From Mobula hypostoma (Eukaryota): a DNA stretch of 64,000 bases. The notes below the pieces were generated by a model, which worked only from the letters and a program-made list of their open reading frames with translations, searched no databases and was not told the DNA's origin. Numbering within the stretch: position 1 is the stretch's first letter; every line of letters begins with the position of its first letter. A program made the position numbers and the translations under genes. Below, in pieces: positions 37,391-49,631 of the stretch. The stretch lies in the NCBI RefSeq assembly GCF_963921235.1, contig NC_086097.1:24616001-24680000 (forward strand), read 5' to 3'.

Positions 37391-37729
37391 TACGTTTTTA
37401 TATATATATATATATATATATATGTACGGTATATAATGTCATCATATACTACCTTGAGATTCATTTTCTTGCAAGCATTTACAGGAAAATAAAGAAATAC
37501 TATAGAATTTATGAAAAATTACACATAAATAAAGACTGACAAATAACCAATGTGCAAATAAAATGAATAGGTCAAATAATAAATAAATAATACTGAGAAC
37601 ATGTGTTGTAAAGAGTTCTTGAAAGTGAGTCTGTAGGTCGTAGTATCAGTTCAAAGTTGAGGTGAGTGAAGTTATCCACTCTGGTTCCATAGTCTGATTG
37701 TTGAAGAATAATAACCATTCCTGAACCTG

Positions 37730-38712
37730 AAGCAACAGACATAAAAGTTGCTGGTGAACGCAGCAGGCCAGGCAGCATCTCTAGGAAGAGGTACAGTCGA
37801 CATTTCGGGCCGAGACCCTTCGTCAGGACTAACTGAAGGAAGAGCTAGTAAGAGATTTGAAAGTGGGAGGGGGAGGGGGAGGGGGAGATCCAAAATGATA
37901 GGAGAAGACAGGAGGGGGGGGGGGATGGAGCCAAGAGCTGGATAGGTGATTGGCAAAAGGGATATGAAAGGATCATGGAACAGGAGGCCCATGGAGAAGG
38001 AAAAGGGGGAGGGGGGGAAAACCCAGAGGATGGGCAAGGGGTATAGTCAGAGGGACAGAGGGAGAAAAAGGAGAGGGAGAGAAAGAATGTGTGTATATAA
38101 ATAAATAACAGATGGGGTACGAGGAGGAGGTGGGGCATTAGCGGAAGTTAGAGAAGTCAATGTTCATGCCATCAGGTTGGAGGCTACCCAGATGGAATAT
38201 AAAGTGTTGTTCCTCCAACCTGAGTGTGGCTTCATCTTTACAGTAGAGGAGGCCGTGGATAGACATATCAGAATGGGAATGGAATATGGAATTAAAATGT
38301 GTGGCCACTGGGAGATCCTGCTTTTTCTGGCGGACACAGCGTAGGTGCTCAGCAAAACGATCTCCCAGTCTGCGTTGTGTCTCACCAATATATGAAAGGC
38401 CACATCGGGAGCACTGGACGCAGTATATCACCCCAGCCGACTCACAGGTGAAGTGTCGCCTCACCTGGAAGGACTGTCTGGGGCCCTGAATCGTGGTAAG
38501 GGAGGAAGTGTAAGGGCATGTGTAGCACTTGTTCCACTTACAAGGATAAGTGCCAGGAGGGAGATCAGTGGGGAAGGATGAGGGGGACGAATGGACAAGG
38601 GAGTGGCGTAGGGAGCGATCCCTGCGGAAAGCAGGGGGGGAAGGGAAAGATGTGCTTAGTGGTGGGATCCCGTTGGAGGTGGCGGAAGTGCTTAGTGGTG
38701 GGATCTCAAAAT
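37730..38712 (-). mobile_element. Young 5'-truncated Penelope-like element inserted in a Rex1/Babar 3' fragment (about 37420-39010)
   Basis: 13-bp TSD attcctgaacctg at 37717-37729 and 38713-38725; open frame through CKWNKCYTC and GVIYCVQCSRCGLSYIGET to GMNIDFSNFR. Confidence 0.92.
37795..37830 (-). ncRNA. Minimal hammerhead ribozyme motif
   Basis: AGUC-CUGACGA-A-GGGU-CUCG-GCCC-GAAAU-GUC-GACU (C>U in the stem III palindrome). Confidence 0.65.
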
Positions 38713-41700
38713 ATTCCTGAACCTGGCGGTTTGGACCTAAGGTTTCTGTACCTGGTAGTAGCAAAAAAAAGAGAATGGTGGGGGTCCTTGATGATTGATG
38801 CTACTTTGTTGTGGCAATATCCCTTGTAAATTTGCTGGGGAGGGATTTGCTGATAATGTATGGTCTGTGTCCACCACTTTCTGCAGTCGTCTCCATTCCT
38901 GGACATTGGTGTTAGCATACCAGGCCGTGATGCAACTAGTCAGAATGCTATCTACTATGCATCTATAGACGTTTATCAGACTTTTAGATGACATGCCAAA
39001 TCGTCACAGAATATTATTTCCTATTTCCTAAATAGTGGCCTCCTTTATTTCCTTAACATTTAATACTTCCAAAAATATTACAGACATTCCCAAATATTCA
39101 TTTAATTTGCTAAGCACTGAAAGAGTTTGGAGGAAGGGACCTCCTACTCCTTCACGAGAGAATGGTGCTCTGTTGGAGATGCTGTATTTTATATGAGACA
39201 TTTCATAAACACAAGAGATCTGCAGATTCTTGAAATCCAGAGTGGATTTCATAGATTGAGTGGATAGCCAGCAAGTTTTTCACAGGGCAGAAGTGGCGAA
39301 CATAAGGGGGAATAATTTTAAGGGGATTGGAAGGTGATGTCAGAGGTAATTTCTTTACACTGAGTGTGGTGGGTGTGTGGGAAGCCTGCTGGTGGGGGTG
39401 GTAGAGAAAGATACTGCAGTAGCATTTAAGACTCCTAGGTAAGCATATAGATGATAGAAAAATGGAGGGATATGGAGGTGAAAGATTTAAAAGGGACCTA
39501 AGGAGCAACTTTTTTTTACCCAGAAATTGCTAGTATGTTGAATGATCTGCCAGAGGAAGTTTATAAGACAGGTATTGGTGCTGGTTTATTATTGTCAGTT
39601 ATACCAAGATCATTAAAAAGGTACTTGGACTGGTGCATGGATAGGAGAGGTTTAGAATAGGAGTTCCCATTTTTTTTTATGCCATGGACTCCTACCATTT
39701 ACCAAGGAGTCCATGGACCCCAAGTTGGGAACCCCAGGTAAATGAGCCAAACAATTGGCAATTGGGACTAGCAAACATGGGAATCTTGGTTAGCATGGAT
39801 GAGTTGGGCCAAACGCTCTGTTTCCCTGCTGTATGACTCTACAACTGTCAGTCTCTTGCTGTTAGTTCTGCACCAATAGTTCTATTGATGCCTATTCTAA
39901 AGCTATTTCTGAGTACCGTTGAAGTTCAGGATAAACACAGTACATGGGTTGAAGGGTCTGTTTCTGTGCTGTGGTGCTCTATGACTATGTGACTATGTTG
40001 GAAATACTCAGTGCATCAATCAGCAGCTATTGAAAGAAAAAGAGAGTTAACACTTCATGACACTTGTCCAGTCTGGGAAAGCTTCATGGTCAGTTTCCTC
40101 CCATTTTAATTCTCATGACGGGTCTGTAACTCAAACTATTAGCTCTGTTTCTCTCTCCACAGATGTTGACCAACCTACTGAGTGTTTCCAGCAGTTTCTA
40201 TTTCTATATCAGTTTCCAACACAGTCAGTTTCTGAGTTTCACTTGAGGCTTGGGTGATAAGGGCGTAAGATCAAATGACATAGGGGCAGAATTAGGCTAT
40301 TCGGCCCATCAAAACTGCTCAGCCATTTGATCATGGCTGAATTATCATCCTTTTCAACTTTGTTTTCCTGCCTTCTCCCCATAATCTTTGATACCCTCGC
40401 TAATCAAGAATCTATCAATGTCTGTTCTAAGTATACCCAATGTCTTGGCCTCCAAAGCCGTCTGTGGCAACAGATTCAGCAGATTCACCACCCTCTGGCT
40501 AAAGAAATTTCTCCTCATCTCTATTCTAAAGGGATGTCGTTTTATTCAGAGGCTTTGCCCTCTGGCCTTAGATTCCCCCATTACAGGAAACACCCTCTCC
40601 ATATCCACTGGATCTAGGCCTTTCAATATGCAGCAGGTCTCAGTGAGATTCCTCTCCTATTCTTCTGAACTCCAGCAAGTACAGGCCCGAAGCCATCAAA
40701 CACTCCTCAAATTCTTGACATCGTGTGATTATTAATTGTATTTTGACCTCTGTTTTATGCCTTTGCCCCACAGATTCAGTAACTATCTCATAAATCTTGT
40801 GTCAAAGGAACATGAGGTGGTGAGTTAGAAGGAAGATGGCATTAAAAGATACAAACCTCATTTGAAGAAAATACAAATCATTTTCTAATTCACAGCATAG
40901 ACAGTGTGTGCTGTAAGCAAGGCCTGTTTGTCACTGGATTTCATGGTGACTTTGTAAATTGTGGCAGGGCTCTGATTAAAGATTGAGTTGATAAAGTCAC
41001 TCCAATGTTTTCCTCGAAGATGGATGGCATGCAGTCATGAAAGGACAAATCCGCTGGATCAGGCTGCAGCTGGGTGGTGTTTGTTAAGGAGAGTTAACTT
41101 CTCAGGTTAATATACTTTCTGAAAAGTTTAAAAACAAGATCAAAGCCAGTGGTTCAAGGTTAAAAGTAATTATATTTTTAATCGAAGTACCTGTACTGTC
41201 TGTTACCATGTACTACCTCGAGGTTCATTTCTTGCAGGCATTTACAGGAAGATAAAGAAATAGAGCATAGACCACTTCAGCACAATACAGGCCTTTGGCC
41301 TCCGATGTTGTGCCGAAATTTTATCCTACTCCAACATCAATCTGACCCTTCTCTCCTATGTAGCCCTCCATTTTTCTATCACCTGTGATCTGAAATTTTC
41401 TTAAATGCCCCAAATGTATCTCCCTCAATCACCATGTTCACCTCCAACATCCCCCTATACCTTCCTCCAATCACCTTAAATTTATGCCTCTTCATATGAG
41501 CCATTTTTGCCCTGAGATAAAGTCTCTGGTTATCCACTCAATCTATGCCTCATCATCTTGCACTCTTCACCCTCCTTGCTCCAGGGAGAAAGGCCCTGGC
41601 TCATTCGTAAGGCATACAATAGAATTGATGAAAAACAAATACATAAACAAGCACTGACAACCAATGTGCAAAAGAAGACAAACTATGCAAATTTTAACAA

Positions 41701-42559
41701 TACTGAGAATGTGATTTGTAAAGATTCCTTGAAAGTGAAGAATCAGTTCAGAGTCATGTTGGGTGTGATGGGTGTCGGGTAATAATTGTTCCTGAACCTG
41801 GTGGTGTGGGAGCTCAGACTTCTAAACCGCCTGCCCGATGGTAGTGGTGAGAAGAGAGCACAGCCTGGATGGGCGGGGTCTTTGATGATGGATGCTGCTT
41901 TGCTGTGGTGGTGCTCTTTGTAGATGTGATCAATGGTGGGGCGGGCTTTGCCTGCGATGGACTAGGCCGTATCCACCAGTTTCGGTAAACTTTTCCATTC
42001 CTGAGCATTGGTGTTTCCATACCAGGTCATGAAACAAGCCGTGGTGCTGGCAGAGGAGGTGTAGGTGATGTAGGGAAAGAGAGAATTAAGTCATCTTTGA
42101 TTGGGTGTATTGAATTGAATTAAATCAATTTTATTACTTACATCCTTCGTTTTTACATGAGGAGTAAAAATCTTTACATTACATCTCTGTCTAAATGTGC
42201 AATGTTCAATTTAAAGTAAATGTAATAATAGTATGTGCAACAGGACGGTCAATATAGCATAGAAATACCATTGTATCAGCATGACTTAATCATTCTGATG
42301 GCCTGGTGAAAGAAGCTGTCCTGGAGCCTATTGGTCTTGACTTTTACGCTATGGTACCATTTCCCAAATGGTAACAGCTGTAACAGTTTGTGGTTGGGGT
42401 GATTTGGGTCCCCAATGATCCTTTGGGCCCTTTTTACACACCTGTCTCTGTAAATGCATGGGAGATGTAATAACAGGGGATGATGTTTGAAAATGGTATG
42501 GACAAGTAGAGAGACATGCGATTACCATGTTCAACAGGCATAAAGAACAGCAATTACTC

Positions 42560-43440
42560 AGCAGATGAGGCATGAACATTTTCAGAGTGAGGGCCCCATT
42601 TGGTATTGGTTTGATGTTCTGGTCACTTTGTTATTGTAAGGATGTGGAAGTTACAGAGAGGGTGCAGAAGAGATTTACCAGGATGCTGCCTAGATTCGAG
42701 AACATATCTTATGAAAAGTGATTGTGCGAGCTGGGGCTTTTCTCTTTGCAGTGAAGGAGGATGAGAAGCAATTTAAAGGAGATATGTAAGATTATAAGAG
42801 GCACAGATATAGTGGACTGCCATCACCTTTTTCCCAGGATGGTGATGGCCAATAGTAGAGGACATCCTTTTATGGTGAGTAGGAGAAAGTTGAAGGAAGA
42901 AGTCAGAGGTAGATTATTTTACACAGAGTGGCAGGTGCCTGCAATATGCTTCCAGGGATGGTGGTAGAGGCTGAGGCAACAGGGACGTTTAAGAGATTCT
43001 TAGATAGCTACATGGATGATAGAAAAAAGGGAAAAAAGATAAAAGGGCATAGCCTCAAGGTTCAAGGGAGTAGATTTAGGATGGAGATGAGGCGAAACTG
43101 CTTTTCTCAGGGCTGGTGAAGCTTTGGAATTCTCTGCCCGATGAAGCAGTGGAGGCTACCACAGTAAATATATTTAAGACAAGGTTGGATAGATTTCTGC
43201 GTAGAAAGGGTTGTGGGGAAAAGGCAGGTAGGTGGAGATGAGGCCAAGGCCAGATCAGCCATGAACTTATTGAATGGTGGAGCAGGCTCGATGGGCCAGA
43301 TAGCCTACTCCTGCTCCTATTTCTTATGTTCTTATGATAGGAGGACTATGGGCTATGCAGGAGGGAAGGGTTAGATCAATCATGGCATAGGTTTATACTA
43401 GTCCGTATAACACAGTGGGCTGAAGGGTCTGTATCATGCT
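42560..43440 (+). mobile_element. CR1 3' fragment with a second CR1 3' piece nested at about 43040-43336
   Basis: ERVQKRFTRMLP remnant; internal ttcttatgttcttatg tail, after which the host 3'UTR resumes. Confidence 0.75.
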
Positions 43441-43725
43441 GTGCTGTTCTATATTCTCTATACTTAGTCTATTCCACACCTGCGGCCTCTTGTACTCCCA
43501 ATTATTACCTTCCAGTCTCTGTCTGTACCTCCACCCTTTCTCTTACCTGTCCCCACCTGCTGCAGGGATAACATTTTCCAGGATACTGTGGAAAAATTCC
43601 ACACTTGAAATACTGCCATGATCCATCTCAGACTGCTTCTGTTCTGCATGCCATCTGCATGAGAGCACACCAAACGGTGCAATGTTCCCTGGGGGTACCA
43701 CACTATCAGCTTGGATATCTGTAAT

Positions 43726-44184
43726 GAGGGTTGCCAACTTTCTGACTCCCAAATAAGGGACAAAAGTAGCAGTCAAATACGGGACATTTGTGTTTACCCC
43801 GAGAAAGACTACCATGACCATGAAGCCTTGCGCGGGCACCTGTGTGCGCATGCGTGTATGTGCCGATATTTTTCTACAAATTGGTTTTAGCTTAATCTTC
43901 CCGATTCTGCTTTTACTATATGTTAGTGTTATTTTAGGTTTTATGTGTTATTTGGTATGATTTGGTAGGTTTTTTTTTGGGTCTGGGAACGCTCAAAATT
44001 TTTTCCGATATAAATTAATGGTAATTGCTTCTTCGCTTTACGCCATTTTGGCTTACGAACGGTTTCATAGGAACGCTCTACCTTACTGGGGGAAATACAG
44101 GACAAGGGCAGTCCCGTATGGGACAAACCAATTTAGCCCAATATATGGGATGTCCCGGCTAATACGGGATAGTTGGCAACCCTA
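43726..44184. mobile_element. hAT (Blackjack/Tip100-like) MITE
   Basis: TIR agggttgccaact / agttggcaaccct; subterminal (c/t)gggac/gtcccg repeats; TSD not well preserved. Confidence 0.8.
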
Positions 44185-44265
44185 ACTGTGGGGGTATGAC
44201 CTTCTGGCAGTCAGCTGATGGATAGGTGACACAAGGCAGTTATGGTGCATGCACCAGGACATTCA

Positions 44266-45070
44266 CAGGGCCAATGAACCTATAACATGCATGCACAAGA
44301 TGGCACATGGAAAAATTTTGTTGGCACACAGTGCCACCCTTCAGTTCTTTAAACCCCATCCATAATATAAAGATACAAAATTATTATCTTTATTAAAAAA
44401 GCAAATAATTTTTACTACCCGCAAGCAGTAAGGTATTTTCACAGGCAATGTCTCACGTTGTCTTGGCACCGGCTAGACAGTTGCAGAACACGTGACCTTG
44501 GATGATACACTTTGACATCTCGCAGACCTAGTGTATATGCCAGTATTTGCATAGCAAAGTGTGTTTATTTTAATTTCCTTGATTTATTTTATGGATATGC
44601 ATCAAAGGTGAGAATTACACATTCATATTTCTTATGTTATATTTAAGGTGCAATAGCAATACTATTTAGAAATAATGTTATTTTTCAATTATCTTTTTAA
44701 AAGATTGGTATTAATAATTTTTGAAGTTTTCTAAAATGCATAATTTATTTCCATCTGTTATACTTTTATTAACCGTAAAATAATGAATACATGTAAATAA
44801 GCAACATGATTCATCCTTTTTTCTTATAAATATCCATAACAGTCCTGATAAAGGACTTTGGCCCAAAACATCAATTGCTTAGCCCTTCCATAGATGCTAT
44901 CTGGCATGCTAAGTTCCTCCAGCATGTTGTGTGTGTTGCTCCAGAATTATTGTTACTAATCCATTAATCAATGATAATCCCTGATCAAAATTACCATGAC
45001 ATGTGAGAGAATTTTTATGAAGATTATTGCCAATTTGGGCACATGCAGTTGGAAAGGTTCAACACCCCTT
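44266..45070. mobile_element. Old AT-rich hAT-Charlie-like MITE interrupted by a Penelope terminal fragment (about 44838-44945)
   Basis: Degenerate TIRs cagggccaatgaacct / aggttcaacacccct; subterminal ggcac motifs. Confidence 0.55.
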
Positions 45071-45199
45071 CTCTAGGACACTGCTCCTAGGCATGGGCAC
45101 ATGTTTTGCTATATAGGAACAGTGCAACGGTGTAGACAGACCCATGAGGAAGCTTCTGTTCACTTAAGAACAGAAGAAATAGGAGCAGGAGTTGGTCAA

Positions 45200-45820
45200 C
45201 TTTTGAAGTTTTTGGCACATTGGCCATCATAAATCAGAGTGCTGAGCACAGGATGTTATGATGAAGTTGTTTAAAACATTGGTGATGCTAAATATGGAGT
45301 ATTGTGTGCAATTCTGGTCGCCTAACTATCAGTAAGATTGAAAGAGTGCAAAGAAAATTTACAAGGGTGTTTCCAGGACTTGAAGACCTGAGTTTTGGAT
45401 AAGGTTGAAAAGGTTAGGACATTTTTCCCTGGAATGTAGGAAAATGAAGGGAGATTTGATGGAGGTATACAAAATTAATGAGGGATATAGATGGGTAAAT
45501 GCAAGCAGATCTTTGCACTGAGGTAGGGTGAGACCAGAATTAGAGGTCATAGGTTAGGGATGAAAAGTGAAGTACTTAACGGGAAACTGAGGAGGAACTT
45601 CTTCGTTCAGAGGGTGATGCGAGTGTGGAAGGAGCTGCCAGTGGAAGTGCTGGATACGGGTTCAATTTCAGTAATTCAAAGAAGTTTGGGTAAGTACATG
45701 GATGGGAGGGGTACGGAGGCTATGATCCAGGTGTGGATCAATGGGACTCGGCAGGTTAATAGTTTGACGTGAACTCGATAAGCCACAGGGCCTGTTTCTG
45801 TGCTATAGTATTCTATGTAT
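45200..45820 (+). mobile_element. Decayed CR1 3' fragment
   Basis: EYCVQFWSP and RNFFVQRVMRVWKELP remnants. Confidence 0.8.
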
Positions 45821-46044
45821 CCCTATGTCTAACTGACCCTTCGAAACTGCCCCACCATTTAGTAAGATCATGGCTGATCCGGCTGTAAAATCACACAGTC
45901 AGCACCAAAATTCCAATGATAAACCTAACAGAGAACACCAGAGGGTCTGTGTGCATTTTTACATTGAAGCCCACTCCAGTAGTGATAATTCTTAAACATT
46001 TACTGAGAGGTCATTTCTGCTGGCTGGTGAGTTCAGGACTGGAG

Positions 46045-48615
46045 TCAGAATCAGAATCAGAATCAGGTTTATTATCACCGGCATGTTACGTGAAATTGGT
46101 TAACTTAGCAGCAGCAGTACAATGCAATGCATAATATAGAGGAGAAAAAAATAAAATAATAATAATAATAAGTAAATCAATTACAGTATACGTATATCGA
46201 ATAGGTTAAAAAATGTGCAAAAATCAGAAGTACTGTAAATTAAAACAAAAGTGAGGTACTGTCATCTAGGAATCAGATGGCAGAGGGGAAGAAGCTGTTC
46301 CTGAATCGCTGAGTGTGTGCCTTCAGGCTTCTGTACCTCCTACCTGATGGTAACAGTGAGGAAAGGTCATGCCCTGGGTGCTGGAGGTCCTTAATAATGG
46401 ATGCGGACTTATGAGATACCGCTCCCTGAAGATGTCCTGTGTACTTTGTAGGCTAGTGCCCAAGATGAAGCTGACCAGATTTACAACCTTCTGCAGCTTC
46501 TTTCGATCCTGTGTAGTAGCCCCACCGCCCCATACCAGACAGTGATGCAGCCTGTCAGAATGCTCTCTACGATACAACTATAGAAGTTTTTGAGGGTATT
46601 TGTTGACATGCCAAATCCCTTCAAACTCCTAGTGAAGTATAGCCGCTGTTTTACTTTCTTTATAACTACATCTTTATGTTGGAACCAGGTTAGATCCTCA
46701 GAGATCTTGACACCCAGGAACTTGAAACCGCTCACTCTCTCCACTTCTGATCCCTCTATAAAGGTTGGTATGTGTTCCTTCGTCTTACCCTTCCTGAAGT
46801 CCACAATCAGCTCTTTCGTCTTACTGACATTGAGTGCCAGGTTGTTGCTGTGACACCACTCCACTAGTTGGCATATCTCACTCCTGTACCCACTCTCGTC
46901 ACCACCTGAGATTCTACCAACAATGGTTGTATCGTCAGCAAATTTACAGATGGTATTTGAGCTATGCCTAGTCACACAGTCATGGGTATGGAGGGTAGAG
47001 CAGTGGGCTAAGCACACACCCCTGAGGTGCACCAGTGTTGATCGTCAGCGAGGAGGATATGTTATCACCAATCTGCACAGATTGTGGTCTTCCGATTAGG
47101 AAGTTGAAGTTCCAGTTGCAGAGGGAGGTACAGAGGCCCATGTTCTGCAACTTCTCAATCAGGATTGTAGGAATGATGGTGTTAAATGCTGAGTTATAGT
47201 CGATGAACAGCATCCTGACATAGGTGTTTGTGTTGTCTAGGTATTCTAAAGCCGTGTGGAGAGCCATTAAGGTTGCATCTGCCATTGACCTATTGTGACG
47301 ATAGGCATACTGCAATGGGTCCAGGTCCTTGCTGAGGCACGAGTTCAATCTAGTCATAACCAACCTCTCAAATCAATTCATCATTGTCGATGTGAGTGCT
47401 ACTGGGCGATAGTCTTTAAGGCAGCTCACATTATTCTTCTTAGGCACTGGTATAATTGTTGCCTTTTTGAAACAAGTGGGAACTTCTGCCCGTAGCAGCG
47501 AGAGGTTGAAACTGTCCTTGAATACTCCCGCTAGTTGGTTGGCACAGGTTTTCAGAGCCTTACCAGGTACTCCATCAGGACCTTTCTCCTTGCGAGGGTT
47601 CACTCTCTTTAAAGACAGCCTAACATCGGCCTCTGAGACAGAGATCACAGGGTCATCAGGTGCAGCAGGGATCTTCACAGCTGTAGTTGTGTTTTTCCTC
47701 TCAAAGCGGGCATAAAGGACATTGAGTTCATCTGGTAATGATCACTGCCATTCATACTATTGGGTTTCACTTTGTAGGAAGTAATGGCCTGCAAACCCTG
47801 CCAGAGTTGCCGTGCATCCGATGTCGCCCCTAACCTCATTCGAAATTGTCTGTTTGCCCTTGAAATAACCTCTGCAAGTCATACCTGGTTTTCTGGTACA
47901 GGCCTGGGTTGCCAGACTTGAATGCCACAGATCTAGATTTCAGCAGACAACGTACCTCCTGGTTCATCCACGACTTTTGGTTTGGAAATGTGCAGTAAGT
48001 CTTTGTAGGCACATACTCATCCACACAGGTTTTAATGAAGTCAGTAACAACTGCAGCATACTCGTCCAGGTTCAAAGATGAATCCCTGAATACAGTCCAG
48101 TCCACCGATTCAAAGCAGTCCTATCGGCGCTCCTGTGCTTCCCTTGTCCAAACCTTCTTGGTCCTCACTGCTGGTGCTGCAGACTTCTGCAGACTCTGTC
48201 TATACTCAGGGAGTAGAAGTACAGCCAGGTGATCAGACTTCCTGAAGTGAGGATGTGGAATAGCACGGTAGGCATTCTTGATGGTGGTGTAGCAATGGTC
48301 CAGTGTGTTGTTTCCTCTGGTATTGCAAGTGATCTGTTGATGGTAATTGCTTAGTGACTTTTTCAGACTGACCTGGTTAAAATCCCCAAAACAATGGTGA
48401 AGGCATTAGGGTGAGCTGTTTCGTGCATGTTGATCCCATTGCTCAGATCATCTAAAGCCTGATTGACATTGGCCTGAGGTGAAATGTATACTGCTACCAA
48501 AATGACCCCAGAGAATTCCTGCGGTAAGTAAAAAGGACGGCACTTAACTGCTGGATATTCCAGGTCTGTTGAGCAGAATTGGGACAGCACTGATATATTG
48601 TGCACCGAGAAGAGT
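46045..48615 (-). mobile_element. Rex1/Babar-type LINE (partial APE endonuclease plus RT), with multiple frameshifts
   Basis: KCRPFYLPQEFSGVILVAVYI (EN), GPDGVPG...[16 protein letters not shown]...[43 protein letters not shown]; (gattct)n tail at 46045-46065. Confidence 0.92.
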
Positions 48616-48682
48616 AGATCAAGAATAAGGGGTTCAAAGTTTAAAATACATTTATTATCAAAGTATACATACCATATGTAAC

Positions 48683-49631
48683 TGGAAGTGAAAGTGAGAT
48701 CCTCCACTGGCCAGGGTTGACCATGGATATTGCATCATAGTTTTCTTTGTAATACGCAAGCCAGGGCAGTACGATACAGAGAGCCAGCTCCCCCTCTCCA
48801 TGCAGCTGATGAATCCAAAGGTGTGGCAGAGACTAAAACAGTCTGGCATCAAATGGCATTGCAGGAGCTGAGCTCAGTGTAGGACCGCCTTAGGGATTCC
48901 AGCTCTGGATTTTTCCTCAGGATTTACTCTTGAAGCCTTCCCCGTGAGTGGGTATAGCTGGAAGGCAGTGGAGGTTTGAGTTCAGAGTCTTCCTTCTCCT
49001 AGATGAGCTGCCAACCGCAGCTGATGAGCTCCAGCTACCCAAAGCAACTGTTTTAAGGTACCAGTAACCTGCCTTTACCCCTCTTCTGTCAGTAGAAACG
49101 GCTCTGCTGGGCTTAGTAGCTAAGCCATATGTGAAAGCCAGGAGCTGGACTTGGTTATTTTGGACGGCTTTACTCTCTGGAGAGAAGGAGGATGAGAGGA
49201 GACATGATAGAGGTGTACAAGATAATAAGAGGAATAGATAGAGTAGATAGCCAGCGCCTCTTCCCCAGGGCACCACTGCTCAATACAAGAGGACATGGCT
49301 TTAGGGTAAGGGGTGGGAAGTTCAAGGTTTTTTACTCAGAGAGTGGTTGGTGCGTGGAATGCACTGCCTGAGTCAGTGGTGGAGGCAGATACACTAGTGA
49401 AGTTTAAGAGACTACTAGACAGGTATTTGGAGAAATTTAAGGTGGGGGGTTATATGTGAGGCAGGGTTTAAGGGTCGGCACAACATTGTGGGCCAAAAGG
49501 CCTGTACTGTGCTGTACCGTTCTATGTTCTATGTTATCAGAGGCTATTTGAGATGCATACCATTGGGAGCATTTAATGGGTAGTGGGAACTTATCCCCAC
49601 TACCTCCCCGGCCATGACAACCTTAAGGAAA
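48683..49631 (-). mobile_element. Non-autonomous RTE-like element with a 10-bp TSD
   Basis: TSD catatg(t/c)aac at 48673-48682 and 49632-49641; minus-strand catctaggagaaggaagactctgaactcaaacc resembles RTE 5'UTR motifs. Confidence 0.6.
49159..49532 (+). mobile_element. Short 3' copy of the young CR1 family
   Basis: Near-identical to 56513-56900 apart from a 17-bp deletion; possible TSD gttat. Confidence 0.9.

Noticed and set aside
38138..38764. 208-aa ORF as a stand-alone GIY-YIG nuclease gene
   Set aside because: Truncated Penelope ORF end; the start lies in the flanking Rex sequence across the TSD
43540..43720. Minus-strand exon ending at a strong CAG|gtaaga donor near 43547
   Set aside because: No clear acceptor, the upstream ORF runs into a hAT MITE, and the peptide is not recognisable
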